Shown one piece after another: positions 61,742-64,000 of a DNA stretch of 64,000 nt. Source of the DNA: Candidatus Bathyarchaeota archaeon (GTDB taxonomy: Archaea > Thermoproteota > Bathyarchaeia > Bathyarchaeales > Bathycorpusculaceae); the NCBI GenBank assembly GCA_963707955.1, contig OY970176.1:2208001-2272000 (forward strand), read 5' to 3'. Under the pieces are notes generated by a model that was not told the DNA's origin, did no database searches, and saw only the letters and a program-made list of their open reading frames with translations. Each line of letters opens with the position of its first letter. Within the stretch, counting starts at the first letter, position 1. Made by a program: the position numbers and the translations under genes.

Positions 61742-61910
61742 CTTGCATCAAGCTAATTATTACATCATCCCCAATTTAACTGCTTTCTCAGCTGTCTCAG
61801 GATGTGTGAATATCGTTTCAACGATGTCTACCATCGCCGTAGAATCAGCTATGTTCTTTATTCTCTCTGATCCATTGCCCTTGAATGAAGCTAGTTGTTA
61901 TCCCAGAAGA

Positions 61911-62474
61911 TTATCCGTGGCGCTCGGCTTTTAATTTTTTGGAGAATAAACCTTCCAGGCAGTAGACTGTAAGCTTCTCTTTTTCTGGGCATTTTGCTCC
62001 AAGGTCGCACTTTGGGCAAAGCTGGGAAACATCTTTCACGTTGAGGGTGCCCATTCGTTCGTGCAGGGCATAGAGCAGCTTAAGGTATTTTCCCTCAGCT
62101 ATTCTCGGAACATCATACCGCCTATCTAGCCCATACCACTCATAGAGCCGCCTATCACCCTTGGAAGAGTTACAGCTCTTACAAACCCAGACCGCATTGT
62201 CAGGCAAATCTGGCCCTCCTCTTGACTTCGGCAAAATGTGATCAAGTGTAAGATCTTTCTTGCCACCACAATAAATGCACTCTCCAGTCTTCTCACGCTC
62301 CTTCACGTACTCCCGAATAGAAGTCGACCACAGGATCTCCCCAGAAGCAAGCTTCTTGAACCTGTCCATCACAAAACCGTACTGCCTCTTCCCAGCACCG
62401 GCAGACTCTGAAATGATCTTGGCATACTGCCAGAAAATCAAGTCTCCGACAGTTTTCACGGCACTAGGAGGCAA
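61911..62474 (-). CDS. HNH endonuclease
   Basis: CIYCG, LTLDHILPKSRGG, NAV.VCKSCNSSKG. Confidence 0.88.
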   Translation of the reverse strand: MPPSAVKTVGDLIFWQYAKIISESAGAGKRQYGFVMDRFKKLASGEILWSTSIREYVKEREKTGECIYCGGKKDLTLDHILPKSRGGPDLPDNAVWVCKSCNSSKGDRRLYEWYGLDRRYDVPRIAEGKYLKLLYALHERMGTLNVKDVSQLCPKCDLGAKCPEKEKLTVYCLEGLFSKKLKAERHG

Positions 62475-62561
62475 TAATACACCCAGAGTAACTAGGGTCG
62501 ACAGGCCTTTTATGCTTTAAACTAGCGCGCGCTAACTTTTCCGACACATCCAATGCTGGTT

Positions 62562-62578
62562 GGATAAAACTTTACACC
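62562..62578 (+). repeat. Quasi-palindromic site, copy D
   Basis: GGATAAAACTTTACACC, followed by CTCAAACCCAAAC and a low-complexity arm to ~62693. Confidence 0.65.
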
Positions 62579-62720
62579 TCAAACCCAAACCTAAACCCAA
62601 ACGTTTACTGACTAAACTTCTAACTTACCTATACTCTTACTCTCTTCACACATAATACAAGACATAATATACACATAAAACACGCGCGCGCTACGTACAT
62701 ACGGACCGCATAAATCGGCG

Positions 62721-63668
62721 TTACAATCGATCTTCAGGAGGAGTCGGATTTGGGGATGCCCCGTTTAAATGAGGTAGGAGCGCCCTGTAAATTGTGGAAT
62801 TGATAGGGGTCTCCACCCCCTTCTCTCGACCCAATCGAACAATGGTGCCGATCAAAGCGTCAAGTTCCAGCCGATGACCCGCCATGAGGTCAACCTGCAT
62901 AGACGGCCTAGCCCACGTCGCATACCCCTCTAACATCTTCATAGTGTCATCAACGAATCTTTCAGGTATCGTGACTCCAGACGCCTTTGCCACAGCAACG
63001 TTCTCCTCCATCGTATCGCGTACCAATTGCCAAGAATCAGAGCAATCTCAGACAGGCCCTGCTGGGAGCCTAATCAATGAAAAGACCCCGTTGACCGCTG
63101 AGTTGGAGAGCATCTTCTCCCACAATGCCTGTCGGATATTTGGGTGAAGCTCGGCGGCGATATTAGCTTCTTTGAGAACCTTGGAGATCTCTTCTGTGCG
63201 CCTCGTCACGCCTCCTGCGAGTTCCCCGAATATTAGCCTCGTCGAACCTCCGTGTATGATAACGCCTGGTTTCTCGACTCTGGCGTTCACCCAGGAGACT
63301 CCTCCGAGGACATGCTCTAATCCAACTATATTCCCTATGTGGTCAGCGGCCTCTACGCCGTTCTGAACTGGGATTATGACGGTTCCTTCACTGATAAGTG
63401 GTGACATCTGCTGCGCGGCGGAGTCGAGGTCGTAGGTCTTCACGCAGAACATGATTAGGTCAACGGGGTCAACTTCGGCGGGCCTATCAGTTGCTTTCAC
63501 GGATAATTTGATGTCTCCGAGTGAGTTGGATTTGACGAATAGGCCATTAGCCCTCAGGGCATCCAGGGTTTGCCCCCTAGCGATTAGGGTTACATCGTTT
63601 CCAGCATTTGCGAGAAGCGCTCCGAAGAAGTCGCCTTCACCTCCAATCCCGACGACAGCTATTCTCAT
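62721..63668 (-). pseudogene. panE: 2-dehydropantoate 2-reductase with in-frame TGA (63048-63050)
   Basis: VKTYD, QNG, LWEK, PSMQ.D...G..LELD; both ORFs share one frame; nucleotide-binding loop altered (GIGGEGD). Confidence 0.82.
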
Positions 63669-63774
63669 AATTTACAAAATAGTTGAAATAGCATTTATAT
63701 TATTCTTTGTATGTACGATCAGTAATTATTAGCGAGTAATTGAGCTGAAGCCCGAAAATGCTCAGGTATGTGTC

Positions 63775-63792
63775 GGGATTAAATTTTACCCC
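63775..63792 (+). repeat. Quasi-palindromic site, copy E
   Basis: GGGATTAAATTTTACCCC, followed by CCAAACCCAACCC. Confidence 0.6.
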
Positions 63793-64000
63793 CCAAACCC
63801 AACCCAAAAAACACACAAAACCCATGTGAGAAATGCAGAACTGTTATAACAAGAAAAAATAGGGATAGATAGTATGCTTCGAGTAGCGGGTTAGCTTGTT
63901 GTGATCGACCACTCGCATGGAATTTTTCCTGTTTTCGCCGTGGCTTTCCATCCCAACAGTTTTGCTGTGTCCACGACTGATGCAGCACAGAATTCGCACA

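Noticed and set aside
63048-63050. In-frame TGA in panE as selenocysteine
   Set aside because: Not a catalytic Cys position; a CGA-to-TGA change explains it and the gene has other damage
1-64000. tRNA/rRNA genes and the many short antisense ORFs in the track
   Set aside because: No cloverleaf or rRNA signatures recognised by eye; short ORFs overlapping well-supported genes lack motifs

Overview
Archaeal genomic window; the gene repertoire (cohesin/dockerin surface protein, zinc-type ferredoxin, solo Cas1, archaeal Lhr helicase) suggests Bathyarchaeia (inference). About 1-46 kb is mostly housekeeping and redox/oxidative-stress genes: copA tail, group 3 [NiFe]-hydrogenase pair, HtrA, rubrerythrin, BirA, IscS-IscU, SOD, Grx/FTR, Nth, LDH, ABC exporter, MtnP/Apt, MsrA and Lhr. 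Two accessory structures lie inside this region. (i) A short array at 29.3-31.6 kb in which each gene is bounded by a ~35-bp direct repeat. (ii) A 1.54-kb transposase-free element with perfect 24-bp terminal inverted repeats and a 9-bp target duplication, which splits a QueG-like Fe-S gene and carries an NYN-domain gene plus a captured gene fragment. About 46-64 kb is a visibly more AT-rich, defence-island-like region. It contains a decayed solo cas1, a three-gene operon (COMM-domain-like protein, unknown protein, nitrilase) between long inverted repeats, a wHTH-PLD nuclease, and a divergent locus of SIR2 + HD hydrolase versus two small proteins + QueC/QatC-like enzyme. Five copies of a quasi-palindromic GG(G/A)TAAAACTTTACCC site divide this region into modules. 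No rRNA, tRNA or CRISPR array was seen. Many single-base frameshifts and nonsense codons suggest an error-prone consensus sequence, so gene disruptions need read-level checking.
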